A stretch of DNA of 64,000 bases from an uncultured Acetobacteraceae bacterium (GCA_903895595.1 CAITUP010000098.1:1933-65932), one strand, 5' to 3'; counted from the first letter of the stretch, positions 9,211-20,770 are shown. A program made the numbers and translations. Notes: a model not told the origin generated them from the letters alone.

Positions 9211-10287
9211 ATGGCACGCGGCGGCGACAAGAAGGGTTCCAACGTAACCATCAAGAAGTACGAGATCATAGAGGGCGGCCACCACGGCGGCGCCTGGAAG
9301 GTGGCGTACGCCGATTTCGTGACGGCGATGATGGCGTTCTTCCTGCTGATGTGGCTGCTGAACGCCACGACGGAGGATCAGCGTAAAGGGTTGGCCGACT
9401 ATTTCAGCCCCAACAACCTGCTCAGCCACGCCTCGTCCGGCACCGGCCAGCCGTTCGGCGGGCACACCGCGTTCGACGACGGGGCGCTGGTGTCGGATCG
9501 CGGGTCGGTGGAGATCGTGCCGGGCAAGCGCCCGCCCGTGCCGCAGCAGCCCTCCGACGACAGAGAGTCGGAAGCCGCGACCGACGCGCGCGACATGTCG
9601 CTGACCGGTCAGGCGGAGGAAGCGAACGATGCCAACCGCAAACCGTCGGCCGGGTTCGCCGCGCAGAAACTGGGCCCCAATCCGGATGCACAGCGGCAGG
9701 CGGGTGTGGCGGCGATTCTGGACAGCCAGACGTCCAACGGCGGCCGCAAGCCGACCGATGCCGAACTGAAAGCCGAACAGGAACGGCGGGAGAAGGCGGC
9801 GTTCGAAGCGGCGGCGCAGCAAATTCGCGACGCCGTGAAGGCCGATCCGGCACTGGCCGAACTCGGCCGGCAACTGTCGATCGACATGACGCCGGAGGGG
9901 CTGCGTATTCAGATCATGGATGAGGTGAAACTGCCGATGTTCGCCACCGGCTCGGCCGATCCGAACGAGCGTGCCCGCCTGTTGTTGCAGAAAGTCGTGC
10001 CGGTACTGACAAAATTGTCGCAGCCGATTTCCATCGCCGGCCATACCGATGCCGCGCCGTTCCCCGGGCCCGGCCGCACCAATTGGGAATTGTCGGCCGA
10101 ACGCGCCAATGCCACCCGCCGCCTGCTTCTCGAAGGCGGATTGCCGGAAGGGCGAGTCCGCTCGGTCACGGGCAATGCCGACAAGGACCCGCTGCTGCCG
10201 GGGGAACCGATGGCGGCGGCGAACCGGCGTATCGCCATCGTGGTGCTGCGCGACAGCCGAGCGGCCGATAAGGGAGCCAAGCCGTGA
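9211..10287 (+). CDS. motB: flagellar stator protein MotB
   Basis: GGAWKVAYADFVTAMMAFFLLMWL and OmpA-like IAGHTDA...NWELSAERAN...NRRIAI. Confidence 0.95.
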   Translation: MARGGDKKGSNVTIKKYEIIEGGHHGGAWKVAYADFVTAMMAFFLLMWLLNATTEDQRKGLADYFSPNNLLSHASSGTGQPFGGHTAFDDGALVSDRGSVEIVPGKRPPVPQQPSDDRESEAATDARDMSLTGQAEEANDANRKPSAGFAAQKLGPNPDAQRQAGVAAILDSQTSNGGRKPTDAELKAEQERREKAAFEAAAQQIRDAVKADPALAELGRQLSIDMTPEGLRIQIMDEVKLPMFATGSADPNERARLLLQKVVPVLTKLSQPISIAGHTDAAPFPGPGRTNWELSAERANATRRLLLEGGLPEGRVRSVTGNADKDPLLPGEPMAAANRRIAIVVLRDSRAADKGAKP

Positions 10288-11147
10288 CGACGATCGGTGG
10301 GTTGGCGTTCGTCTTCTTCTGCGTGTTCGCGAGCTACGTTGTCTCCGGCGGCAGCATGGAGCCGTTGATCGAAGCGATCCCGTTCGAAATGTGGACGATC
10401 GGCGGCGCCGCGATCGGGACATTTCTGATGTCCAATTCGATGCACGACGTGAAACATACGCTGGCCGGGTTCGGTAAAATCATTAAAGGCGCGGTGTATC
10501 ACAAGTCCGACTACGTCGAGTTGCTCAGCCTGATGTATTTCCTGGTGCGGCTTGCCAGCACCAAGGGCAACATGGCGCTGGAGCCGCATATCGAAAAGCC
10601 CTCCGAAAGCTCGGCCTTCCAGAAATTCCCCAAGATCGTGGCAAACCATCACGCCTGCACGATGATTTGCGACTACCTGCGCATGGTCGGCATGAACGCC
10701 GACGATCCCAATCAGATCGAAGATGTCATGGCGCGCGAATTGAAAAAGACGCTGAACGAGGAAATGCATCCCTCGCACGCGTTGCAGACGATGGCGGACG
10801 GGTTGCCGGCGCTGGGGATCGTCGCGGCTGTGCTGGGCGTGATCAAGACCATGTCGCATATCGATCAGCCGCCGGCGGTGCTGGGCGCGATGATCGGCGG
10901 CGCGCTGGTGGGAACGTTTCTGGGGATTCTGCTGGCCTATGGGATGTTCGCGCCGTTCGCGAGCCGTTTGAAGGGGGTCGTGGAGGAGGAGTCCAAATTC
11001 ACCGAGGTGATCCGGGCGGTTCTCGTTACCCATCTGCATGGGAATGCACCGCAGGTGAGTATCGAATCCGGGCGGAAAATGGTGCCGAACGAACATATGC
11101 CCAGTTTCGCGGAAATGGAGGAGGCTATTCAGCAGGTGCAGATGTAG
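10284..11147 (+). CDS. motA: flagellar stator protein MotA
   Basis: IGGAAIGTFL, DGLPALGIVAAVLGVI, IGGALVGTFLGILLAYG, VSIESGRK; GTGA overlap with motB. Confidence 0.95.
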   Translation: MTTIGGLAFVFFCVFASYVVSGGSMEPLIEAIPFEMWTIGGAAIGTFLMSNSMHDVKHTLAGFGKIIKGAVYHKSDYVELLSLMYFLVRLASTKGNMALEPHIEKPSESSAFQKFPKIVANHHACTMICDYLRMVGMNADDPNQIEDVMARELKKTLNEEMHPSHALQTMADGLPALGIVAAVLGVIKTMSHIDQPPAVLGAMIGGALVGTFLGILLAYGMFAPFASRLKGVVEEESKFTEVIRAVLVTHLHGNAPQVSIESGRKMVPNEHMPSFAEMEEAIQQVQM

Positions 11148-11188
11148 GGGGCGGAATTGTCACCGCCTGTGCCGGTCGCTGCATCGGC

Positions 11189-11243
11189 GTTTCGCGCGGA
11201 GGACGCGGGGTCTACGCAGCCTTCGGCGCCCTCCGCGTGAAAC
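11189..11243. repeat. 18-bp imperfect inverted repeat between convergent motA and Rieske genes
   Basis: GTTTCGCGCGGAGGACGC (11189-11206) versus GCGCCCTCCGCGTGAAAC (11226-11243), 16/18 complementary. Confidence 0.7.
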
Positions 11244-11253
11244 ACCCGGCCGG

Positions 11254-12558
11254 CTACGCCCGCCCGAACGGGTCCCCGAACCTGCCCCGCATCACCGCGT
11301 CCAACGGTTGCTCGGCCGGCGCCACCGCCCCGCCGCCACGAACACGGAACGCTCCCGGGTTCGCCGCCGCCGCCGGTTCCTCCCCATTCTCCAAACCCTG
11401 CGCGGCGCCCAGCACCGCCCGCCGGAAACGGATAACCCCCATGTCGGTTGGGCCGAGATATTCGGCCGTACGGTCGGCGATGCGGCCCTGGCTGTCCTGG
11501 ATGGCGGCATCCTGTTCCGACACGCCCTCGATCCCCGTATAGCTTTCGGTCTTCTGCGCGACGCGGTCGATCAGGTAATCGTTGTCGCGGCGGCGGAGCG
11601 GCACGTAGGCGGCATCGACGGCGGCGTGGACGCTGAAGCCGGCCTTGTAGCGGGCGCGGTCGGCGTCGCCGATTGGCCGGACCGGGTTCCAGCTGTAGCA
11701 ATAAATCCAGCAGGATTCATCGTCGATCGGCACCCAGGTCTGGCCGTGATAGGTGTCGCCGGGGAAGGCGTTGGGCGTCAGCCCGTGGTTGGGCATCAGG
11801 AACTGGCTGATGCGCCAGTAATGTTGCCCAGGATCGCCACGCCGCGCGGCACCGAGGACCAGGCCGGCGGGATGATCCAGAATGGTGAAGTGCGGGGTAC
11901 CGTCGTCGCGCATCCAGCGCACCGTGTCGCTGCCGGTCGAAATACGGTCCATCACCCGTTCGGTCACATCCGCCGCGTCGGCGACGGCCATGTGCAGGAA
12001 GGAGAAATGCGCGGTATCCAGCCCGCCCTCGGCGGCCTGAGCCCAGTTGCATTCCTGCAGTTTCTTCGAAACGAAGACGTGAGAGTCGGGCAGCGCCATG
12101 AATTCCATGTCCGGCAACGCCGGCTGGTGTTCCACCGGACCGAAATAAGCCCAGACGATGCCGCCGCTTTCGCGCGTGGGATAGGCCGTCAGCCGGACAT
12201 GCTGTTCCGCTCGGTCGCGTTGCGCGCCCGGTTCCAGCGTCGGGATCGCGAGGCAGCGTCCGTCGGCAGCGAATTTCCAGCCGTGATAGACGCAGCGGAT
12301 GCCGCCATGCTCATTACGGCCGAAAAAAAGATCGGCACCGCGATGCGGGCAGCGAGGCGAGACCAGCGCGACGGCACCGTCGGTGGTGCGGAAGGCGCGT
12401 AAATCCTCGCCCATGATTGTCACGCGCAGCGGGGCGCCGTCCGGTTCCGGCAGTTCCGCGCTGAGCAACACCGGCTGCCAGAACCGGCGAAACAAATTGC
12501 CCATCGGCGTGCCGGCCCCGGTTCGGGTCAGGCGGATGTTGTCGGCTTCGCTGAGCAT
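11254..12558 (-). CDS. Rieske non-heme iron aromatic ring-hydroxylating oxygenase (phthalate dioxygenase/LigX-like alpha subunit)
   Basis: CPHRGADL...RCVYHGWKF Rieske motif; ECNWAQAAEGGLDTAHFSFLH mononuclear Fe motif; EQDAAIQDSQG. Confidence 0.9.
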   Translation of the reverse strand: MLSEADNIRLTRTGAGTPMGNLFRRFWQPVLLSAELPEPDGAPLRVTIMGEDLRAFRTTDGAVALVSPRCPHRGADLFFGRNEHGGIRCVYHGWKFAADGRCLAIPTLEPGAQRDRAEQHVRLTAYPTRESGGIVWAYFGPVEHQPALPDMEFMALPDSHVFVSKKLQECNWAQAAEGGLDTAHFSFLHMAVADAADVTERVMDRISTGSDTVRWMRDDGTPHFTILDHPAGLVLGAARRGDPGQHYWRISQFLMPNHGLTPNAFPGDTYHGQTWVPIDDESCWIYCYSWNPVRPIGDADRARYKAGFSVHAAVDAAYVPLRRRDNDYLIDRVAQKTESYTGIEGVSEQDAAIQDSQGRIADRTAEYLGPTDMGVIRFRRAVLGAAQGLENGEEPAAAANPGAFRVRGGGAVAPAEQPLDAVMRGRFGDPFGRA

Positions 12559-12728
12559 GGCGGTTCCTCGGTCGTAATCCTGTTATCCGGGAACGTGAGG
12601 CGGGGCCGGGCGCAATGTCAACGGCTGGCGGTTTCTTGCTTGCCACGGCACGAGAACCCGCCTTACTTTGGTATCACTGTGTAAAAACAACCGAACCGGA
12701 CGACCGGCGGCACGGAGGGGACAAGTCA

Positions 12729-14045
12729 ATGACGAGCGTTCGATCGATGGCCACCATAAAGGCCGCTGCCGTGGGTTTCGCGATTGCCGGTCTTTTGGCA
12801 GTCGCAACTCCGGCCGCCGCATCGGGCTTCGCGCTACGCGAAGGCAGCGCCGACTGGATGGGCAACGCCTTCGCCGGCGGCACCGCTAAAGCTTACGACG
12901 CCTCCACCGTCTGGTCTAACCCCGCCGGTATGGTGCGGCTGAACTGGAATGAAATCGACGCGGCCGCCAATCTTATTCTCGCCAACAGCAAGTTTTCGGG
13001 TGGAAATACAATCGGGGGCGCGCCGACGGGTGGCACCACGGGATCGAACCTGATTGAGCCGGGGGTCACCGGAGGGCTGTACGGGGTTTGGTCGTTCTCG
13101 CCGTCGATGAAATTCGGTCTTTCCGTCTCTTCGCCGTTCGGGCAGCGGGTCACCAATCCGACCAACTTCGTCGGCCGCTACCAGAGCCTTGTATCGTCGA
13201 TTTCCGATGTGCAGGTCGCGATTGCCGGTGCCTATAAAATAAATGAGCAGTGGTCGATCGGCGGCGGACCGGTGATCGACATCCTCAGCGCACGGCTGAC
13301 TCAGGCGATCAATCTGGGGCCGCTGGCCCCCTTGACCGGGGATGCGGTCGGCGATTTGCACGGCAGCGACACCGCGGTCGGATTCAACGTCGGCGTGCTG
13401 TATCAGGCGACGCCCGACTTGCGATTCGGGGCCGATTACCACAGCCGCATCCAGCACAATATCTCGGGTGCGCAGTCGGCGACGATCCCGGGTCTGGTGC
13501 CGGGACTGTCGGCGGCGACCGCGGCGTTTCTCACAGCGCAAAACTCCCCCGCCGCCACCAAACTGACCCTGCCGGACAGCGTCACGCTGGGCGTTTACTG
13601 GCAGGTAACTCCGGCGCTGGCGCTGCTGGCCGATGCCGGGTGGACGCATTGGGGTCTGCTGAAGACCATCAATGTGGTGCCGAGCGGTGCGGGCGCGCAG
13701 GCGAGCTCGCTTGTGGAGGGATGGAACGATACGGTGGCGCTGTCCGTTGGCGCCAATTACCAACTGACGGAATCGCTGATGCTGCAGGGCGGTATCGGCT
13801 ACGATCAGAGCCCGGTGAAAGCGTCGAACCGCTCCACCCGCATCCCCGACAGCGATCGCTATCTGTTCGGCGTCGGCGTGCAGTACGAGGCGATCAAGAA
13901 CGTCACGCTGCAGCTGGCCTATGCACATATCGTGTTTGCCAGTGCCTCCATCGCCAATGCGGCGGCGCCATCCGCCGGGGCGATCGCGGGGAGCTACAGC
14001 AACGCGGCCGACACCGTGGCGTTCGGGGTGAAGGTGAAGTTCTGA
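12729..14045 (+). CDS. FadL/OmpP1/TodX family outer-membrane transporter
   Basis: signal peptide then ASGFALREGS...GNAFAG...DASTVWSNPAGM; TRIPDSDR; terminal VKF. Confidence 0.9.
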   Translation: MTSVRSMATIKAAAVGFAIAGLLAVATPAAASGFALREGSADWMGNAFAGGTAKAYDASTVWSNPAGMVRLNWNEIDAAANLILANSKFSGGNTIGGAPTGGTTGSNLIEPGVTGGLYGVWSFSPSMKFGLSVSSPFGQRVTNPTNFVGRYQSLVSSISDVQVAIAGAYKINEQWSIGGGPVIDILSARLTQAINLGPLAPLTGDAVGDLHGSDTAVGFNVGVLYQATPDLRFGADYHSRIQHNISGAQSATIPGLVPGLSAATAAFLTAQNSPAATKLTLPDSVTLGVYWQVTPALALLADAGWTHWGLLKTINVVPSGAGAQASSLVEGWNDTVALSVGANYQLTESLMLQGGIGYDQSPVKASNRSTRIPDSDRYLFGVGVQYEAIKNVTLQLAYAHIVFASASIANAAAPSAGAIAGSYSNAADTVAFGVKVKF

Positions 14046-14150
14046 CCGGCGACGGCGGCGGGGCTGGGCGACGATTCCGCTCTCCGCCCTGGCGCCGACC
14101 CGTGCTAACCTCCCAGCCGGAATCGTCAGATCGCGCCGGAGGACCCAAGT

Positions 14151-15118
<968 letters not shown>

Positions 15119-15122
<4 letters not shown>

Positions 15123-16888
15123 GCGAAGCCGCGCTTGGCGTCACCCGCAGCCTGGGCGGGCGGCGCTGGATCTGGCGCGCGGGCGAGGACCGGGTCGCGC
15201 TCGGCATCTCCCAGCGCCTGAACGTGCCGGAAATCGTTGGCCGTCTGCTGGCCGCACGCGGCATCGGGTTGGAAGCGGCGGCGGATTTCCTGGAGCCGAC
15301 GCTGCGGGCGCTGTTGCCTGACCCATCCCTGTTGACCGACATGGATGCGGCGGCGGAGCGTTTGGCCCGCGCCGCGATGCACCGCGAAATGGTTGGGGTG
15401 TTCGGCGATTACGACGTGGACGGGGCCTGTTCGGCCGCCCTTATGGTCACGTTCCTGCGCGGCCTCGGCTGCAAGGTGCTGCACCACGTCCCCGATAGAA
15501 TGAAGGAAGGCTACGGGCCAAACGGTCCGGCTTTGCGGGGACTGGTGGATCGCGGTGTTAGCCTGATCGTCTGCGTCGATTGCGGCACCGCCGCGGCGGA
15601 GGCCCTAAGCGCGGTGCATGGCGAGGCCGATGTGATCGTGCTGGATCACCACAAGTCGGAAGGTGCGACGCCGCCGATCTTCGCCACCGTCAATCCGAAC
15701 CGTCTGGACGACAGTTCCGGGCTCGGCACGCTGTGCGCGGCCGGCATCGCGTTTCTGACCGTTGTGGCGACCGTGCGGGTCCTTCGGAAAGCCGGCCATT
15801 TCGCGGGCGGGCGGGAGCCGGACCTGATGGGTCTGCTCGATCTCGTGGCGCTGGCGACGGTGTGCGACGTGATGCCGCTGACCGGGGTCAATCGTGCTTT
15901 GGTGTGCCAGGGGCTGAAGGTCATGGGCAAGCGCGGCCGCCCCGGCGTCGCGGCGCTGCTGGAGGTGACGCAGGCCAAGGACAAGCTTTCCGCTTTCACC
16001 TGCGGCTTCGCGCTGGGGCCGCGTATCAACGCCGCCGGGCGCATCAGCGAAGCCGATCTGGGCCTGCGTCTGCTGCTGACCGAGGACCGGGTGGAAGCGA
16101 TGGCGCTGGCCGAACGCCTGGACGGCATCAATCGCCAGCGGCAGGAGGTCGAGGCCGGCATGCTCGAAACCGCCCTGCGGGATGCCGAGGTCCAGGCCGA
16201 CGCCGGCAATGCCGCGCTGCTGGTGGCCGGGGAGGGGTGGCATCCCGGCGTCGTCGGCATCGTCGCCGGCCGCATCAAGGAACGCTTCAACCGCCCGGCC
16301 TGCGTGGCGGGTATCGCCGCCGGATTCGCCAAAGGCTCCGGCCGGTCGGTCACGGGAATCGATCTCGGCGCCGCGGTGATCGCCGCCCGTCAGGCCGGGA
16401 TTCTGTCGACGGGCGGCGGGCATGCGATGGCGGCGGGGTTCTCGCTGCCATCCGAACGGTTGTCGGCGTTCCATATCTTCCTGAACGAACGGCTGGCCGC
16501 GGCGTCGGAGTTACCGGGCGCGGCCGATCTGGCGGTCGAGGGTGCGTTGGCGGTGCAAGGCGCCACCGTCGAGCTTGCTCGGCACCTCGAACGCCTCGCG
16601 CCCTTCGGGGCGGGCAACGATGAGCCGACTTTGGTGCTGCAACGCGCCCGGGTGGTGCGTGCCGACCGGGTCGGCAAGGAAGGCAATACGATTCGCGCCT
16701 TCGTGGAAGGGGAGGGCGGCGGCCCCCGCCTGAAGGCCATGCTGTTCCGCGCACGGGACGGGGCGCTGACCGATGCGCTGCTAAGCCGCGAAGGTCTGCC
16801 GCTGCATTTGGCCGGAACGCTGCGGGCGGAGGAGTGGAACGGGTCCGTCACGCCAGGATTTTTCATTTCCGACGCCGCGATGGCTTGA
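15119..16888 (+). CDS. recJ: single-stranded-DNA-specific exonuclease RecJ
   Basis: FGDYDVDG, DCGT, LDHH, LVALATVCDV, GPRINAAGR, WHPGVVGIVAGR, GGHAMAAG. Confidence 0.96.
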
Positions 16889-16954
16889 CCGGGGCAGGTG
16901 CCTCGGCTACCCACCCCGGACCCGAGCGGTTCGCCGCTATGGGAAGTCCGGCCA

Positions 16955-17030
16955 GTCCCGTTCGTCTAGAGGCCCAGGACACTGCCCTTTCACGGCGGCG
17001 ACAGGGGTTCGAATCCCCTACGGGACGCCA
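16955..17030 (+). tRNA. tRNA-Glu (TTC)
   Basis: GTCCCGT...ACGGGAC acceptor stem, anticodon arm CTGCC-CTTTCAC-GGCGG, GGTTCGAATCC T-loop, CCA end; 76 nt. Confidence 0.96.
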
Positions 17031-17172
17031 GTCTCATCGCAGACGGCAAAGCATCCATCTCGTCGAACGCAGATCGCACACCCGATGACGGTTCGGTGAC
17101 GATGCCCGCGGGCGGTTTCGTTCGCCTGTTGGACCCGTTAAAGCGGCCGGACCGCGGCGGGGAGCATGCACG

Positions 17173-18189
17173 ATGGACAATGAGACAGCACTATTCCCAA
17201 TGAAAGAGGAAGCTGGGTTGAAAGGCCTGATCTGGGGCTACCGCTTCAGCGAGGACGGAACGGCGGAGCCGCTCGACGAAGCGGAAGCGTCGTGCGCGCT
17301 GGAACGGCAGGACTCCTGGATATGGCTGCATTTCGACCTGATCGACGGGCGCGCGCGGGAGGCATTGACCCGTCTGACTGTCCTGCCGGAGGAGGCGCGG
17401 GACCTGCTGCTCGGCACCGACACCCGCCAGCGAATCGAGACCATCGACCATGCCATCGCCGGGGTGATCGCCGATTTCGAGCGGGCCGACGAACTCGATG
17501 CACGCCAAATGGGCGCTTGGCGCTTCTGCATGCTGTCTCACGCGTTCATTTCCGCCCGTCGCACGCCACTTCATACGATGGCGCACGTTCGGCATTCCCT
17601 CCAGAGCGGCCAACGGATGTCCGGCGTGCTGCATCTGTTCGACAGCATCGTCCACGGGTTCGCCGACGCCCTGACCTCGGTCTCCGTCCGGATGGCGGAG
17701 CAACTGGACGAAGTGGAGGATGCGGTTATCGCATCGCGCGACGGCGACGATTTCGAATCTCTGGGCGAGGTTCGGCGCGGCGCGGTCCGGTTGCGGCGGC
17801 AAGCGACGCCTTTGCGGTCCATGTTGCACCAGCTGCTGGCGAAGCCGCCGGCCTGGTTCACCCCGGACGCGGCTGAGGACTGCACCGAGGTGGCACAACG
17901 GGTCGCCAGCATTTGCGCCGATCTGGAGGCGTTGCAGGAACGCGCCCATGCGCTGCAGGATGAGGTCTTTTCGCGGCAGACCGAGACCACCAACCGGCGG
18001 CTGATGCTGCTGTCGGTGATGTCCGCCGTGCTGATCCCGCCGACGCTGATTTCCGGCATTTTCGGCATGAACGTCGATGGCTTGCCGCTGAAGGACAACA
18101 GCCCGTTCGGGTTCGTTATTACGATGGGGATGATGACGGTCGCGGTCGTCGTCGTGCTGTTCGCGCTGCGCCGGCTGAAGATGATCTAA
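17173..18189 (+). CDS. CorA/ZntB family divalent cation transporter
   Basis: WIWLHFD, two C-terminal TM helices with GIFGMNV signature. Confidence 0.9.
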   Translation: MDNETALFPMKEEAGLKGLIWGYRFSEDGTAEPLDEAEASCALERQDSWIWLHFDLIDGRAREALTRLTVLPEEARDLLLGTDTRQRIETIDHAIAGVIADFERADELDARQMGAWRFCMLSHAFISARRTPLHTMAHVRHSLQSGQRMSGVLHLFDSIVHGFADALTSVSVRMAEQLDEVEDAVIASRDGDDFESLGEVRRGAVRLRRQATPLRSMLHQLLAKPPAWFTPDAAEDCTEVAQRVASICADLEALQERAHALQDEVFSRQTETTNRRLMLLSVMSAVLIPPTLISGIFGMNVDGLPLKDNSPFGFVITMGMMTVAVVVVLFALRRLKMI

Positions 18190-18258
18190 CCCTCAGCCGG
18201 CCGCGGCGAATTTATACCAGGCGTCCGAACCTTTGACTCATAGTCAGCGGTGCCCTGT

Positions 18259-18286
18259 CGTCATGCTGACCTGCGTCAGCATGACG
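18259..18286. repeat. perfect hairpin (collapsed REP variant) between convergent corA-like gene and ppk2; possible bidirectional terminator
   Basis: CGTCATGCTGAC-CTGC-GTCAGCATGACG, 12-bp stem; same CGTCATG ends as the REP family. Confidence 0.75.
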
Positions 18287-18328
18287 AGTTGGCACGGACC
18301 GGTGTGTCAATGGTGAGGGCGGCTGGTG

Positions 18329-19255
18329 TTAGTAGCGTTCCGGCACGTAGAGGTCCTGCGGCAGGGTCCGCCGTTCGTAGTTCGGGTCGAACAGCCGCTC
18401 GGGCAGTGCGACCAGCTCGTGCGGCACTTCCTCGTAGGGAATCTGCGTCAGCAAATGCGAGATGCAGTTCAGCCGCTCCCGCTTCTTGTCGTTGCCTTCG
18501 ACGATATACCAGGGCGCTTCGGGGATGTTCGTGCGTTCGAACATCTCTTCCTTCGCCTTGGTGTATTGTTCCCACCGAACCCGCGATTGCAGGTCCATCG
18601 GCGACAGTTTCCACTGCTTGATGGGATCGTGAATTCGCACCTGAAAGCGGAACTGTTGCTCTTCGTCGGTGATGGAGAACCAGTATTTCAACAGGATGAT
18701 GTCGGACCGCACCAGCATCCGTTCGAATTCCGGCACGTCGCGGAAGAAATTTTCGACCTGATCCTCGGTCGCGAAACCCATCACGCGCTCCACCCCGGCT
18801 CGGTTGTACCAGCTGCGGTCGAACAGCACGATTTCCCCGGCGGCGGGCAGATGCGGGACGTAGCGCTGGAAATACCACTGGGTCTTTTCGCGATCCGACG
18901 GCGCGGGCAAAGCGACCACGCGGCAGTGCCTTGGGTTCACGCGCTGAGTGATCCGTTTGATCACGCCGCCCTTGCCGGCGCTGTCTCGTCCCTCGAACAG
19001 CACCACGACCTTCAGGCCCTTGTGCACGACCCAATCCTGCAGCTTCACCAGCTCGGATTGGAGGCGCAGGAGTTCCCGGAAATAGGTGCCGCGGTCGATC
19101 GCGCTTTTCTTGTGGACCTTCTGCAGCTTGCGCAGCGCCGCGGGAATGCGGTCGTCGTCGAGTTCGTGCTCCAACTCCTCATCGAAATCGTCGGCGAGCT
19201 CCAGATCGAGCCACGATTCACCCTTCTTGTCGTCCGGACCCGTCGGCATTGGCAT
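18329..19255 (-). CDS. ppk2: polyphosphate kinase 2
   Basis: LFEGRDSAGKGG, QWYFQRY, FDRSWYNRAGVERVMGF, WKLSPMD. Confidence 0.96.
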   Translation of the reverse strand: MPMPTGPDDKKGESWLDLELADDFDEELEHELDDDRIPAALRKLQKVHKKSAIDRGTYFRELLRLQSELVKLQDWVVHKGLKVVVLFEGRDSAGKGGVIKRITQRVNPRHCRVVALPAPSDREKTQWYFQRYVPHLPAAGEIVLFDRSWYNRAGVERVMGFATEDQVENFFRDVPEFERMLVRSDIILLKYWFSITDEEQQFRFQVRIHDPIKQWKLSPMDLQSRVRWEQYTKAKEEMFERTNIPEAPWYIVEGNDKKRERLNCISHLLTQIPYEEVPHELVALPERLFDPNYERRTLPQDLYVPERY

Positions 19256-19509
19256 CTCCCTGCGTTGATCGCTTTCGGATTACAGGAATTTCCGGGGCGG
19301 AGGATGACAGTTCGGTTGCGGCGTCACGACCTGACGTCGGCCGACATCTCAGGCGCCAAGCAGGTCCGTCCGATCCAATGCCGATGGACGGGGATCGGGA
19401 AGGATGAAATCGGATTCCTCCCTCCGTATTCTGGTTCGTCTTCGTAGTAATACCAAGTGCCCTAACCATTGACCAGCAGTTCTCATTATGGCGGTCGTCA
19501 CCTCTTCAT

Positions 19510-19625
19510 CGTCATGGTCGGGCTTGACCCGACCAACTCTGGCGATTTGAGGCGCGTTGAAATTGCGAGTTTTTTTGGCGGTACCCCATTGGCCTGAGTT
19601 GGTCGGGTCAAGCCCGACCATGACG
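19510..19625. repeat. REP doublet (REPIN-like), perfect 30-bp inverted arms
   Basis: CGTCATGGTCGGGCTTGACCCGACCAACTC (19510-19539) is the exact reverse complement of 19596-19625. Confidence 0.9.
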
Positions 19626-19689
19626 GGTATGCGGAACAAAATGGCAAAATGAAAACTGCCGACCATTGACACACCGTCGCATGGAAAGT

Positions 19690-19772
19690 CGTCATGCCGA
19701 CGCAGGTCGGCATCCACGCCTCACAAACCTGCTCGACGAAAGTCGTGGATGTTGACCTTCGTCAGCATGACG
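19690..19772. repeat. variant REP doublet
   Basis: CGTCATGCCGACGCAGGTCGGCATCCACG (19690-19718) and inverted CGTGGATGTTGACCTTCGTCAGCATGACG (19744-19772). Confidence 0.8.
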
Positions 19773-19840
19773 GGGGAGCGCCGCCGACCATGGGTCACGG
19801 GTGCGGGGGGTCAAGGGTGCGGGCGCCAATTATAAATACC

Positions 19841-20644
19841 TCAGTTCGCAGTCATCCCGCCATCGATGACCAACTCGCTCCCCGTCACCCAAGCCGCCTC
19901 GTCCGAGGCCAGATACAAACACCCCATTGCGATATCCACCGGCTTCCCGAACCGTCCCATCGGTGTCGCATCCATCCGCGCCTTGCCGGATTCGTTACCG
20001 AGCAACCCAGGCCGCGCCATCGGCGTATCCACGAATCCCGGATGCACGGAATTCGCTCGGATCCCCTCCTTCGCATACTGAATCGCCGTCGATTTGGTGA
20101 AAATCCGCACCGCACCCTTGGACGCGTGATACGCCGCATTGGCGAACGACCCCACGATCCCGCAAATCGACGAAATATTCACGATCGACCCGCCCCCGGC
20201 CCGCCGCATCGCCGGGATGGCGCTTTTGGTGCCCAGGAACACGCCGGTCGAGTTCACCTCCATGATCGCGTTCCAGTTCTCCAGCGTCTGGTTCTCCAGC
20301 CCGACGCCGGTCATGACCCCGCTCGCCTGCACCGTCATACTCGGCGGCCGGCCGGAGATGCCGGCGATGTTGCAGAGCACGTTGAGCTTGCCGTACTTGG
20401 CCTCCACGGACGCGATCAGAGCGATCCACTGCGCCTCATCGGTCACGTCCAGCGTGCGGTATTCGGCGGAGCCGCCGGCTGCGACGATCTCCCCCGCCAC
20501 ATTGTGCCCCAGCTCGTCCTGCACGTCGCACAGCACGACGCTCGCGCCTTGTGCGGCGAATTGCCGGCCGGTTTCGGCGCCGATGCCGGATGCGCCGCCG
20601 GTAACGATGGCGATCTTGCCAGCCAGACGTTGTCCTGTGGTCAT
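19841..20644 (-). CDS. short-chain dehydrogenase/reductase (3alpha,20beta-HSD-like)
   Basis: VTGGASGIG, NISSICG, YHASKG, ANSVHPG, VIDGG. Confidence 0.93.
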   Translation of the reverse strand: MTTGQRLAGKIAIVTGGASGIGAETGRQFAAQGASVVLCDVQDELGHNVAGEIVAAGGSAEYRTLDVTDEAQWIALIASVEAKYGKLNVLCNIAGISGRPPSMTVQASGVMTGVGLENQTLENWNAIMEVNSTGVFLGTKSAIPAMRRAGGGSIVNISSICGIVGSFANAAYHASKGAVRIFTKSTAIQYAKEGIRANSVHPGFVDTPMARPGLLGNESGKARMDATPMGRFGKPVDIAMGCLYLASDEAAWVTGSELVIDGGMTAN

Positions 20645-20770
20645 GATGGTTTCCTCCCGTTTGCGTGCCGGGACGCTAAAGCGGTTTCGGGTTGGGGGAA
20701 AGCGTCGGTGCCTCGGGCAGCATCGCTGTTTCGCGCGGAGTGAGTGGAGGTCGCGGAGCGTAAGGAAACC

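Noticed and set aside
16955-17030. tRNA-Glu as the attachment site of an island
   Set aside because: No integrase, and no duplicated tRNA 3' end seen in the window
19260-19500. Short ORFs upstream of ppk2
   Set aside because: No RBS or recognisable motif; they run through REP elements
19510-19772. CRISPR array
   Set aside because: Repeats are inverted pairs with irregular spacing rather than direct repeats with unique equal-length spacers; no cas genes
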